Made by a program: the position numbers and the translations under genes | DNA from: Dehalococcoidia bacterium | GTDB taxonomy: Bacteria > Chloroflexota > Dehalococcoidia > Lucifugimonadales > Australimonadaceae | Direction: 5' to 3' | Length of the DNA: 64,000 nt | Assembly: GCA_965220205.1 (NCBI GenBank) | Contig: OZ244812.1 | Location: 1,705,678-1,769,677 of the forward strand | The notes under the pieces: generated by a model | Told to the model about the DNA's origin: nothing | Database searches by the model: none | Seen by the model: only the letters and a program-made list of their open reading frames with translations | In this document: piece by piece, positions 8,513 through 17,504 of the stretch | Numbering within the stretch: the stretch's first letter is position 1 | How the letters are laid out: every line of letters starts with the position of its first letter

Positions 8513-9820
8513 ATGCTCTCCACGAAGGACAACGAGTTGCTGACCAGGGTGGGCGCCGACGCTCCCATGGGCAAGTTGCTCCGCCAGTATTGGATGCCCG
8601 TCATGGCTTCCGACGAGCTCTCGGCGCCCGACGGCGACCCCATGCGCGTGAGGCTGCTCGGCGAGGACCTCGTCATATTCAGGGCCACGTCGGGGCGCGT
8701 CGGGCTCTTCGCCGAGAACTGCTCCCACCGCGGCGCCTCCCTCTTCTTCGGGCGAAACGAGAACGACGGCCTGCGCTGCGTGTACCACGGTTGGATGTAC
8801 GACGTCACCGGGCGTTGCGTGGATATGCCCAGCGAGCCTCCCGAGAGCAACTTCCGGGACAAGGTCCGCCAGCGCGCCTACCCGTGCCAGGAGCGGGGCG
8901 GCATGATCTGGACGTACATGGGGCCGCGCGAGGAGCCGCCGCCGCTGCCCGACCTCGAGTGGATGTCCCTCCCGGTGAGTCACCGGCGCTTTGCTCCCTT
9001 CATGCGCGAATGCAACTGGTTCCAGGCCCTCGAGGGCGATATCGACACGAGTCACCTCTTCTTCCTCCACGGCCGGCTCAACAAGGAAGACTCGCCCGCT
9101 CTCGGGCTGTACCACACCGACAAGCACCCGCGGCTCGAGGTCGTGAAGACCGACTACGGCGTCGTCTACGGCGCCAACCGCGAAGAGGACCCGCAGACCA
9201 CCTACTGGCGCATCACTCAGTACATGCTGCCGATCCATACGCTCTTCCCCGCCAACCCGGACGGCACCGTGCCGGGACACATGTGGGTCCCTCTCGACGA
9301 CGAGCACACGATGGTCTGGATAATCGCGTGGAATCCGGCGACGCCGATGGACGAAGTCACCATGATGTCCCGTTCGCTCGCCACGGGCGCCGGGGTGCTC
9401 AACTTCCTGCCCGCGACGTCCGACGGCCTCGGCCGGTGGCGTTCCGAGGCGAACCGGCAGACCGACTACTTCATCGACCGCAAGGCGCAGCGCGAGCAGA
9501 CGTTCACCGGCATCCCCACGATACCGTTGCAGGACCAGGCCGTGACCGAGAGCATGGGCCCGATCTACAATCGCACCCAGGAGCACCTTGGGACCTCCGA
9601 CGGCATGGTGATCCAGGTGCGTCGTCGCGCCATCGAGGCGGCGAAAGCGCTCGCGGAGCATGGCGTGACCCCGCCTTGCGTGGACAACCCGGAGGCCTAC
9701 CGCGTACGGTCGGCGGCGGCCACGCTGCCGAAGGGCGTCCCGTGGACCGAGGCCTTGGACGACTGGCTCCACGCCCGGACCATCGAGATTCCGGAGGTCG
9801 TGCTCTCGACGCCAGGCTAG
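8513..9820 (+). CDS. Rieske [2Fe-2S] non-heme iron oxygenase, alpha-subunit-only type
   Basis: 435 aa. Rieske motif CSHRGASLFFGRNENDGLRCVYHGWMYD. RBS GGGAGGCGGAG lies before the ATG. N-terminus (NELLTRVG) is paralogous to the CDS at 57910-59079. Confidence 0.9.
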   Translation: MLSTKDNELLTRVGADAPMGKLLRQYWMPVMASDELSAPDGDPMRVRLLGEDLVIFRATSGRVGLFAENCSHRGASLFFGRNENDGLRCVYHGWMYDVTGRCVDMPSEPPESNFRDKVRQRAYPCQERGGMIWTYMGPREEPPPLPDLEWMSLPVSHRRFAPFMRECNWFQALEGDIDTSHLFFLHGRLNKEDSPALGLYHTDKHPRLEVVKTDYGVVYGANREEDPQTTYWRITQYMLPIHTLFPANPDGTVPGHMWVPLDDEHTMVWIIAWNPATPMDEVTMMSRSLATGAGVLNFLPATSDGLGRWRSEANRQTDYFIDRKAQREQTFTGIPTIPLQDQAVTESMGPIYNRTQEHLGTSDGMVIQVRRRAIEAAKALAEHGVTPPCVDNPEAYRVRSAAATLPKGVPWTEALDDWLHARTIEIPEVVLSTPG

Positions 9821-9850
9821 GAGGGCAGCTGCGGGGATGCGTTAAACGGA

Positions 9851-9880
9851 GAGGCCCGGGACCGCGCGGTCCCGGGCCTC
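9851..9880 (+). terminator. GC-rich hairpin downstream of the Rieske oxygenase gene
   Basis: Perfect 13-bp stem GAGGCCCGGGACC / GGTCCCGGGCCTC with a 4-nt loop, followed by TTGCG. The T-tract is weak. Confidence 0.55.
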
Positions 9881-9905
9881 TTGCGTCGTCTCGCCGTGAC
9901 GGACG

Positions 9906-10046
9906 CTAGTGAACTTCTGAACAACCCGCTGATGCTCTCAGCAGAGCGGAGGGTGAGGCTGGGAAGCAGCCAAGTCCGTTCGTGGGAACCCCCTTCGACA
10001 GGCTCAGGGTGAACGGATGGGACGGAGCTATTCAGAGGTTCGCTAG
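9906..10046. mobile_element. MITE-like repeat family A, full copy 1 (141 bp)
   Basis: Terminal inverted repeats CTAGTGAACTTCTGAA ... TTCAGAGGTTCGCTAG. Internal sequence is closely similar to 26734-26874 (shared blocks GCTGATGCTCTCAGCAG and CCGTTCGTGGGA.CCCTTCGAC.GGCTCAGGG.GAACGGAT). No coding capacity. Confidence 0.7.
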
Positions 10047-11845
10047 TGCGCCGTCGCTTCCGGGGCGGGGGCCGCACCGCGCTTCCCCGTGCGGGCGGTG
10101 CGGGTGTGGCTCACGCCGAGCTGTAGGCCGAACTTCCGGGCGATGAGCGCGATCCCCGCCGTCTGCGCGACGATGAAGAGGCTCACTATCCCCGCGCCCT
10201 CGATGTTCTGGCCGGTCGTGCTCCGCATCATCTCCAGCGCGAGGAGGGACAGCGTCGAGGTCCCCCGGTCGGCCAGCAGGATGATGCTGCTCGTCGTGCC
10301 GGCGGCGATTACGAAGTTGAACGTCCCGATGAGCACCAGCGTCGGCATGAGCAGCGGCACCCATATGCGGAAGTAGGCCCGCCACCACCCCGCGCCGGCC
10401 ACTCGGGCCGCCTCCTCCAGGTCCGCCCCCATCTGCAGGAAGACGCCCTTGATCATCTGCGTGCTCGTGAGCTTCCCCTGCATGATCACCACGAGGACGA
10501 GCGCGTAGAGCGTGCCGTAGAGCGGCGTCAGGATAGGCGTGCCGAGGAACAGCCACAGCAGGCCCAGGCCGGACAGAATGCCGGGCATGGCCGTGGACAT
10601 CCAGAAGAACGCGTCGAGGGCGCCCCGTCCCTGCCATCGGGTCCTCACCAGCACGTACGCGATCATCGAGAACAGCATCGGGCTCACGAGGGCGGTCGAG
10701 AGGCTGATGATCAGCGTGTTCTTCAAGGCGATGACGAAGAAGCGGTTGTCGAACACCTCCCCCCAGTGCCGCAGCGTGTAGGTCGGCGTGCTCGAGAACC
10801 AGCCCACCCGCGTCATGAAGCTCCCGCCTATGAGGACGAGCACGGGAACAACCGTCAGCAGCAGCACCAGTGTCATGATCAACACGAAGACGACCGGTTG
10901 CAGCTTGCCTAAGTCGATGAGGCCCGGCTTGAAGCTGCCCGTGACGGTCGCGTAGTTCCTGCGGGTCGTCAGCCAACGCTGCAAGGGGATGATGAAGGCG
11001 ATGATCACGAGGACCAGGCTCGCCAGGGCCGTCGCGGAGCCGTAAAGCGGCGGGTCGTAGAAGCGGACGAACTGGAAGATCTTGGTCGAGTAGACGAAGA
11101 AGCCGATGGGCGTGCCCAAGAGCAGCTCCGTCTCGAACGACTGGAAGATGCGGACCAGGTTCAGCATGAAGACGACCGTGATGGCCGGGACCATGACGGG
11201 AATCGTCACTCGCATCATAGTGCGGAAGTTCGAGGCGCCGGAGACGCGCGCGGCCTCCTCCATCGACACGTCCATGTTGCGGAACGCGGGCGTCAGCAGC
11301 ATGACCGCGCTCGATATCGTGCCGCCCATCAGGTGCACCCAGATGATCCCGGGCACGCTGTAGATGTTGAACGGCCCGTGGTCGATGAGCGGCAGGTAGC
11401 CCAAGCCCACGTTGAGGATGCCGAAGTCCGGATCGAGCATGAATATCCACCCGATGGTGGTGGAGATGCCCGGCAGCATGAACGAGACCCAGAACATGAA
11501 CTCGAGCCCGTAGCTCCAAGGCATCTTCGTCCGCGCGAGCGACCAGGCGATGAGCACCGCCAGCGGGAATCCGATCGCCTTGTAGCCGAAGTAGACGAGG
11601 AAGGTGTTGCGGATCGACTCCAGTATCCCGGGCTCGTTAAAGGCGAGCCGCCAGTTCTCGAGGGACCACTCGGTCGGTTCGTTGATCCCCGCCACGTTGA
11701 AGCTGTTGACGAGGATCACGACGATGGGCGCGAACACCCAGAAGCCGAATACGATGAGCAACGCGGCCATCACGAAGGTGCTGGTGCCCGGACGGACCCG
11801 AGGGACCCGCCGGTTGCCTGCTGGGGCTATGTCAGTCTTGGCCAC
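10043..11845 (-). CDS. ABC transporter permease, fused two-domain type (iron(III)/polyamine-like family)
   Basis: 600-aa polytopic protein with two EAA-loop motifs (EEAARVSGASNFRTMMRVTIP and EEAARVAGAGWWRAYFRIWVP). Lies downstream of a solute-binding protein gene. Confidence 0.88.
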   Translation of the reverse strand: MAKTDIAPAGNRRVPRVRPGTSTFVMAALLIVFGFWVFAPIVVILVNSFNVAGINEPTEWSLENWRLAFNEPGILESIRNTFLVYFGYKAIGFPLAVLIAWSLARTKMPWSYGLEFMFWVSFMLPGISTTIGWIFMLDPDFGILNVGLGYLPLIDHGPFNIYSVPGIIWVHLMGGTISSAVMLLTPAFRNMDVSMEEAARVSGASNFRTMMRVTIPVMVPAITVVFMLNLVRIFQSFETELLLGTPIGFFVYSTKIFQFVRFYDPPLYGSATALASLVLVIIAFIIPLQRWLTTRRNYATVTGSFKPGLIDLGKLQPVVFVLIMTLVLLLTVVPVLVLIGGSFMTRVGWFSSTPTYTLRHWGEVFDNRFFVIALKNTLIISLSTALVSPMLFSMIAYVLVRTRWQGRGALDAFFWMSTAMPGILSGLGLLWLFLGTPILTPLYGTLYALVLVVIMQGKLTSTQMIKGVFLQMGADLEEAARVAGAGWWRAYFRIWVPLLMPTLVLIGTFNFVIAAGTTSSIILLADRGTSTLSLLALEMMRSTTGQNIEGAGIVSLFIVAQTAGIALIARKFGLQLGVSHTRTARTGKRGAAPAPEATAH

Positions 11846-11902
11846 TCCCGCGCCTCCGCTCTGGCCGCGCGCTCATCCCTGCTATCGAGTTGCTACTCGC
11901 TG

Positions 11903-13186
11903 CTACTTGCCCACCGACGCCAGGGCGTCCCGGACAATCTCCAGCGCCGTGGCGAGCTGGTCCTGGTAGTCGGTCTGGCTCCCGATCACCAAGTAGTCGA
12001 CGTCGGGATTACGGATGCTCGTGGGGTCAACGCCCGTCGTCGGAATGTCCGCGCGCAACGAATGGGCTTCGCTCGCCCGCTGCGCCAGCAGCTGCCCCTC
12101 CTTGCTCATGAACCAGTTGGCGAAGAACTTCTGCGCGTTGGGGTTCGGCGGGCTGTCCATAACGTAGAACGCGCCGCCGCCCGGACTCACGCTCGCCCCT
12201 TCCGCGAGGATGTGGGGCCAGTTGTTCTCGACCGGCTGCCCCTCATTCTTCAGGTTGCGCACGTCGCGCCCGCACGCCCACATGCAGAGCTCGTACTTGC
12301 CCAGCGCCAGCTGTTCCGCGGCTTGCCTGGCGCCTTGGACCACCGTGACGTCCGTCTCCGTCATCATCCGCTGCAGCCAGTCTTCGCCCAGCTCCGGATT
12401 CATGTAGTAGAAGGCGGTCGAGCCGGACGAGCCGACCTCGCGCGGGTCGCGGATGATGATCTTGCCATGCCACCGCGGTTCGAGGAGGTCCCAGAACGAC
12501 TGAATGTCGTTGGGGTCAACCAGGTCCGTGTTGTAGGCGATGCCCGCTGTGCCCCCTGACCCGGTCCAACCGAGGACGTACTGCTTCTCCGGGTCGAACC
12601 AGTGGAGCCGCCCCTCGAACCAGAGGGACTCGTCGACGACCTCGGGCCAGAACAGCAAGGGCTTGAGGGGCGTGAGGGCGCCCGCCGGAATCAGCGTGGG
12701 GATGCCCGGGTTCAGCCCGCCCGACCACACGTCAAGCGTGTACCTGCCGGCCTCGCGCTCGGCGAGGACCTTCGGGGCCTGCTCCCGGGAAGAGCCCCCC
12801 GAGAAGGTCACCTTGATCTCGTACTTGTCCTCGAACTCGCCGACCACGTCGCCCATGCCGGTGCCCAGTCCACAGCAGAAGAAGGCTTGCAGCTCGCCCT
12901 CCTCCTGTGCGGCTGCGAGCAGCGCGTCTTTCTCCGCCTCGATGGCGGCCATGGCGTCGGGCGCCGGCTCCATCGCCTCGGGCATCGCCGTGGGCTCCAT
13001 CGCCTCGGGCATCGCCGTGGGCTCCATCGCCTCGGGCATCGCCGTGGGCTCCATCATTGCCGTCGGCGTCGGCGCCGACGTCGGCGTGGGGCGCGGCGTC
13101 GCCGTCGGGTCGCTGCCGCACGCCGCGAGCATCAGGGCGCCCGCGATTCCCACGATTACTAGCACAGCCGGCCTGGTCCACTTCAT
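11903..13186 (-). CDS. ABC transporter substrate-binding lipoprotein
   Basis: ATG at 13186 preceded by GGGAGG. Signal peptide plus lipobox (MKWTRPAVLVIVGIAGALMLAACGS). Pro/Thr linker with 3 x MEPTAMPEA, then a family-1-like solute-binding body. The tracked ORF extends further upstream, but that part is Arg-rich with no signal peptide. Confidence 0.85.
   Translation of the reverse strand: MKWTRPAVLVIVGIAGALMLAACGSDPTATPRPTPTSAPTPTAMMEPTAMPEAMEPTAMPEAMEPTAMPEAMEPAPDAMAAIEAEKDALLAAAQEEGELQAFFCCGLGTGMGDVVGEFEDKYEIKVTFSGGSSREQAPKVLAEREAGRYTLDVWSGGLNPGIPTLIPAGALTPLKPLLFWPEVVDESLWFEGRLHWFDPEKQYVLGWTGSGGTAGIAYNTDLVDPNDIQSFWDLLEPRWHGKIIIRDPREVGSSGSTAFYYMNPELGEDWLQRMMTETDVTVVQGARQAAEQLALGKYELCMWACGRDVRNLKNEGQPVENNWPHILAEGASVSPGGGAFYVMDSPPNPNAQKFFANWFMSKEGQLLAQRASEAHSLRADIPTTGVDPTSIRNPDVDYLVIGSQTDYQDQLATALEIVRDALASVGK
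12968..13048. repeat. Perfect 3 x 27-bp tandem repeat inside the binding-protein linker
   Basis: CTCCATCGCCTCGGGCATCGCCGTGGG occurs three times without a mismatch. In frame on the minus strand, it encodes MEPTAMPEA x3. Confidence 0.9.
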
Positions 13187-13263
13187 TTCAATCCTCCCAG
13201 CATCGTATCGGCGGACGCGCGTCTGTCGGGCGTGCGTCCCAGTTTCGCCAGCGAGTCTCTCCG

Positions 13264-14691
13264 CTACGGCAGGCCCAACTCCTGCCATCGGCTCGCGATT
13301 TGGGCCATGTACTCCCGGCTCGACTTGTTGATCGGCGGAAGGTTCTCGAACTTGAACTTGAACGACGCATTGATGCCAGTCGGATCCGGCACGTCTGAGT
13401 CGATGTCGTAGTCGGCATTGCGCCCGTGACGCCCCTGCGTCTGCCCCATGTCGGGATGGAACGCCTTCCCCTTGACGAAATCCTGCTCCCAACGAACGTT
13501 CGTGACCATCCGCCAGGTGACGTCGTTCCAGTTCCGGACGTCGCAGTCCTCGTCGACGACGATGATCCAACGGTTGGGGACGATCTTCCACACGGCGTCG
13601 ATGATGCGCAGCGGCTCCTCCGGGTCGTTGATCTCCGCCGATACGACGGCGGCGCCCCAACTGCGTCCGCCAATCTCCGGGAAGAACGCGTGGCGGATGC
13701 TCGTGAGGCCGCTCTCGTTCTTGATCCGCGCCTCGAATGAGCCGGAGCGGAAGAGCCAGCGCGGGTAGTCCTCCTCGAGGAGGCAGATCACGCCGTAGTT
13801 GATGGGGTTGCGCCGGTGCGTGATGCAGGTGACCGTCATGAACGCCGCCTCGAGGTTCTGCCCGTAGAAGCCGCCGGCCTCGCCGTGCGGGCCCTCCACG
13901 TGCGTCGCGTAAGGCGCAATCTCACCCTCGATGATGTACTCGGAGTGGGCCGGGACCATGAGGTCGCTCATCTCGCAGCGCACGAGCTCCGTTGGCGCGC
14001 CGCGCCACGCGCCCGCCGCCTCGTATTCCATATGACCGTTCGCGTCCACGGGCACCGGGCTCCCCGACGCCAGGCAGAGCAGCGGGTCCATCCCGACGGC
14101 AATGGCAATCGGGGTCGGCTTGCCCATGGCGTCGTTCTTTGCGACGTGCGCGCGCAGTTGCCCGGACACCGTCAGGTGGTCCTTGTCCACGATCATCGCC
14201 CGGTAGGTGCCCATGTTGATGATGCCCGTATCGGGGTCGCGCGTGATGACTCCGGCCGAGGTCCCGATGTACTGCCCGCCGTCGAGCTCGTGCCAGTACG
14301 GCGTGGGCATCTCGTAAAGATCAACGTCGCCGCCGGTGGCTATCACCTCTTTGCAGGGGCCCGTCTCCACGTTCAACGAGGAGATGCGGTTGTTGTGACC
14401 GTCGACGATGATCGAGTACATCACGTCCGGGTCGGGGTCGCAGTTGAACGCGAGAGCCAACTGGTCGACCGTCGAGATGATGTTGCTCACTAGCGGCTTG
14501 CCCTCATACCCGATGATGTTGTCGAACACGATGGCCGGGCCCTTGCGTTCGAGCGAGCGGGTGAGGATAGCGCCAGCCTCGTACTTGAGGTCGACCGGCG
14601 CCGTGACGTGTACGAGCAACCCCTTCTCTTCCAGGAGCTGCATGTACTCGCGCATATCCGTATAGCCGACCTGCCTGCCTTGTGTCGCCAC
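13264..14691 (-). CDS. UbiD-family (prenylated-FMN dependent) decarboxylase/carboxylase, paralog 1
   Basis: 475 aa. N-terminus YTDMREYMQLLEEKGLLVHVTAPVDLKYEAGAILTRSLERKGPAIVFDNIIGYEG is the canonical UbiD signature region. Confidence 0.9.
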   Translation of the reverse strand: MATQGRQVGYTDMREYMQLLEEKGLLVHVTAPVDLKYEAGAILTRSLERKGPAIVFDNIIGYEGKPLVSNIISTVDQLALAFNCDPDPDVMYSIIVDGHNNRISSLNVETGPCKEVIATGGDVDLYEMPTPYWHELDGGQYIGTSAGVITRDPDTGIINMGTYRAMIVDKDHLTVSGQLRAHVAKNDAMGKPTPIAIAVGMDPLLCLASGSPVPVDANGHMEYEAAGAWRGAPTELVRCEMSDLMVPAHSEYIIEGEIAPYATHVEGPHGEAGGFYGQNLEAAFMTVTCITHRRNPINYGVICLLEEDYPRWLFRSGSFEARIKNESGLTSIRHAFFPEIGGRSWGAAVVSAEINDPEEPLRIIDAVWKIVPNRWIIVVDEDCDVRNWNDVTWRMVTNVRWEQDFVKGKAFHPDMGQTQGRHGRNADYDIDSDVPDPTGINASFKFKFENLPPINKSSREYMAQIASRWQELGLP

Positions 14692-14810
14692 GATAGCTCC
14701 CTCCCCAGTGAGTACGATCAGCGCCGCGCCTTGGACTCGTCGTCCGAGAGTACGGGGGATGGTAGCACTCCCCGGCGTTTCTCGGCCACCGCCCTGCGCG
14801 TCGCCGCGGT

Positions 14811-16286
14811 CTACTCCAGCCCAAGCTCCTTCCAGCGTCCGTCTACGCGCGCCTTCAGCTCAGGGGTAAGCGCGTTGATCGGCCGGAAGCCCTTCTTCGT
14901 GTTGAAAGTGGCGTCGATGAACACGCTGGACGTTGCCTCGTATTCGACATCCAACGGCTCGTGCCAGATGGCGTCTGTCCGGGCGCCGATCGACAGGTGC
15001 TGATCGGGCATGACCCCGAGCGACACGCGCCACATCACCTCAGCCCAATCCCTGATGTCGCAGCCCTCGTCGACGACGATGGTCCAACGGGGCTTCCGCA
15101 CGAGATAGCGCTCCTCGGCGAGACCGTCGATGACGTCCTTGATGCGTTGGACGTCAGCGGGGCTCTTCGCCTTGGCCGCGATAATCGCGACGAGGCCGAA
15201 GCCGCCTCCGGTGCTGTCGGGGCACCACACGTCGGCGAGCAGGTCGCCGAGGCCCTTGTCCTCGAGCTTGGTCCGCATGCCGGCGGTGTACATGAACTTC
15301 GGGTAGTCCTCCTGCTGGCGGCAGATGAGCCCGTAGTTGATGGCGTCCTTCCGGCAGGTGATCGCCTTGACGTGCAGTACGAACACGTCGTCTACAGCGG
15401 TGTAGAAGCCTTGGTGCTCGCCGTGGGGCCCCTCGCTGGTCCGCTCGTAAGGCGCCACCTCGCCTTCAATGATGATCTCCGAGCTCGCCGGCACGAGCAG
15501 GTCGCTCATCTTGCACTTCACAAGCTCGATCGGCTCGCCCTTCAGCGCGCCGGCCAGCGCGTACTCCGCATGCTCGATCTCGTCGGACTGCGCGAACTGT
15601 CCGGCCGCGTAGGTCAGCGCCGGGTCCATCCCGAGGGCGAGCGCGACCGCGGTCGGCTTGCCCTCGGCCTCGTTCATAAGGATGTGAGACTGTCCGCCGT
15701 ATCCCGTCTTGGTCGGCGCCTCGCCGACGGGGTGTCCGCCGCGGGCCTGGAGCGAGATCGTGTTCTTGTCCAGGATCATGCAGCGGTAGAGGCCCTGGTT
15801 GATATAGCCCGTCTTCGGGTCTGCCGTCGTCACGCCCGCTGTCGTGCCGATGTACTGGCCCGCGTCGCCCTCGTGCCACCAGGGAGTCGGGAACTTGTAC
15901 ACGTCAACGTCGTCCCCGGTGATAACCATCTCCTGGCAAGACCCCTCCGGAACGACGACCGGCGGCACCGGGTGCGTCTTCGCCTCCTCCACCCTGGCGT
16001 ATATCTCCATGTCGTCGGGCTCCGTGCCGACGGCGAGGGCTAGTTGCTCGGTCTTGGCCAGGATATTGGTGACCAGCCTGCTGCCCTCGTACCCATTGAT
16101 GTTCTCGAACATCAGGCCAACGAGGCTGTCTCCGCCCTTGTCCAGCGCGCGGGCTGCGATGCCCCCGACCTCGTACTTGAGGTCGACCGGCGCTGTGATG
16201 TGCTTCAGCAATCCATTCGACTCGAGCACGTCAAGATAGCCCCGTAGGTCCTTGTACCCAACCTTCGATTGCTGAGCGGCCATCAT
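14811..16286 (-). CDS. UbiD-family decarboxylase/carboxylase, paralog 2
   Basis: ATGATG at 16286/16283 preceded by GAGGAGGA. YKDLRGYLDVLESNGLLKHITAPVDLKYEVGGIAARAL aligns with the upstream paralog along its length. Confidence 0.88.
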   Translation of the reverse strand: MMAAQQSKVGYKDLRGYLDVLESNGLLKHITAPVDLKYEVGGIAARALDKGGDSLVGLMFENINGYEGSRLVTNILAKTEQLALAVGTEPDDMEIYARVEEAKTHPVPPVVVPEGSCQEMVITGDDVDVYKFPTPWWHEGDAGQYIGTTAGVTTADPKTGYINQGLYRCMILDKNTISLQARGGHPVGEAPTKTGYGGQSHILMNEAEGKPTAVALALGMDPALTYAAGQFAQSDEIEHAEYALAGALKGEPIELVKCKMSDLLVPASSEIIIEGEVAPYERTSEGPHGEHQGFYTAVDDVFVLHVKAITCRKDAINYGLICRQQEDYPKFMYTAGMRTKLEDKGLGDLLADVWCPDSTGGGFGLVAIIAAKAKSPADVQRIKDVIDGLAEERYLVRKPRWTIVVDEGCDIRDWAEVMWRVSLGVMPDQHLSIGARTDAIWHEPLDVEYEATSSVFIDATFNTKKGFRPINALTPELKARVDGRWKELGLE

Positions 16287-16471
16287 TCCTCCTCGTTCAA
16301 CCTGCCTCGTCCAACCTATCTCGTTGAGGTCCGTCCTCGATCGGCGAGCCCGGCCCCCCGAGAGCACACAGCGCAGCACGCCCGCGCCGGCGGGCTGCGG
16401 AGCACGCGGGAACACTACACGGGGGCGTCGGGGGAGTCAAGGCGAGCGGCGGCGGCGCGCAGGCCGTGGAT

Positions 16472-17488
16472 TCACTCGACCGGAAGCACCTCGTTTCCGG
16501 AGGGTTCGCCCCGCTCGAAGGCGGCGATATTGGCGAGCGTCGTCTCGGCGATGTTCGCCATCGCCTCCCGCGTAAAGAACGCCTGGTGACCCGTGATCAG
16601 CACGTTGGGAAACGTCAGCAACCGCGAGAAGACATCGTCCCTGATCACCTCGTTCGACAGGTCGCGGAAGAACAGGCCGGACTCCTCCTCGTACACGTCG
16701 AGCCCCAGGTGGCCAAGGCGTCCGGTCTTCAGCGCGCCGATGGCCGCCGCCGTGTCGATCAGCGCCCCCCGGCTGGTGTTGATCAGCATTACGCCTGGTT
16801 TCGTCAACGCCAGGCTCTCGAAGTCGATCAGGTGAGTCGTCTCGGGCGTGAGCGGACAGTGCAGCGTGACGATGTCCGACTCGGCCATGAGCTCCTCGAA
16901 CGGGACGTAGGTCCCGGCGTCGGCGAGCGCCGGGTCGGGCCATACGTCGTTCAGCAGCACACGGCAGCCGAAGCCGTTCAAGATGCGGGCCACGATTGCG
17001 CCGATCCGCCCCGTGCCGACGACGCCGACGGTCTTGCCGTAGAGGTCGAACCCCAGCAGGCCGTTCAACGCGAAGTTCCCCTCGCGCACCCGGGCGTATG
17101 CCCGGTGGACCTGCCGGTCCAGCGCGAGAATCAGCCCGATGGTGTGTTCGGCGACGGCGTACGGCGAGTAGGCGGGGACGCGCACGACGCCGATCCCCAT
17201 CCAGCGCGCGAGCTCGATGTCAACGTTGTTGAACCCGGCGCACCGCAGCGCGATGAGCCGCGTGCCGCCGTCGCCGAGCATCCTTACGACGTCCGCGTTG
17301 ACGTCGTCGTTCACGAACACGCACACGGCGGGAATACCGGCCGCCAGCGGCGCCGACTCAGCCGTGAGCCGGGCCTCGTAGAAGCCCAACTCATGCTGGG
17401 CCCCGGGCGTCGATTCGGCCAGCTGTTCGTTGGCCGCTTCGAGGAACTCGCGGTCATAGGGCTTGGTCGAAAAGACCGCCACGCGCAC
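16472..17488 (-). CDS. ldhA: D-lactate dehydrogenase (D-isomer-specific 2-hydroxyacid dehydrogenase)
   Basis: 338 aa, collinear with LdhA: [74 protein letters not shown]. Confidence 0.85.
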   Translation of the reverse strand: MRVAVFSTKPYDREFLEAANEQLAESTPGAQHELGFYEARLTAESAPLAAGIPAVCVFVNDDVNADVVRMLGDGGTRLIALRCAGFNNVDIELARWMGIGVVRVPAYSPYAVAEHTIGLILALDRQVHRAYARVREGNFALNGLLGFDLYGKTVGVVGTGRIGAIVARILNGFGCRVLLNDVWPDPALADAGTYVPFEELMAESDIVTLHCPLTPETTHLIDFESLALTKPGVMLINTSRGALIDTAAAIGALKTGRLGHLGLDVYEEESGLFFRDLSNEVIRDDVFSRLLTFPNVLITGHQAFFTREAMANIAETTLANIAAFERGEPSGNEVLPVE

Positions 17489-17504
17489 GGCGTCACTCCC
17501 CGAA

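Noticed and set aside
9925-9945. Hammerhead-like CUGAUG(A) motifs in family A (GCTGATGCTCTCAGC) and family B (TCGATGAGGCAGATGCC) repeats
   Set aside because: The second conserved core (GAAA after helix II) and a plausible three-helix junction are absent. The sequences fold as simple hairpins.
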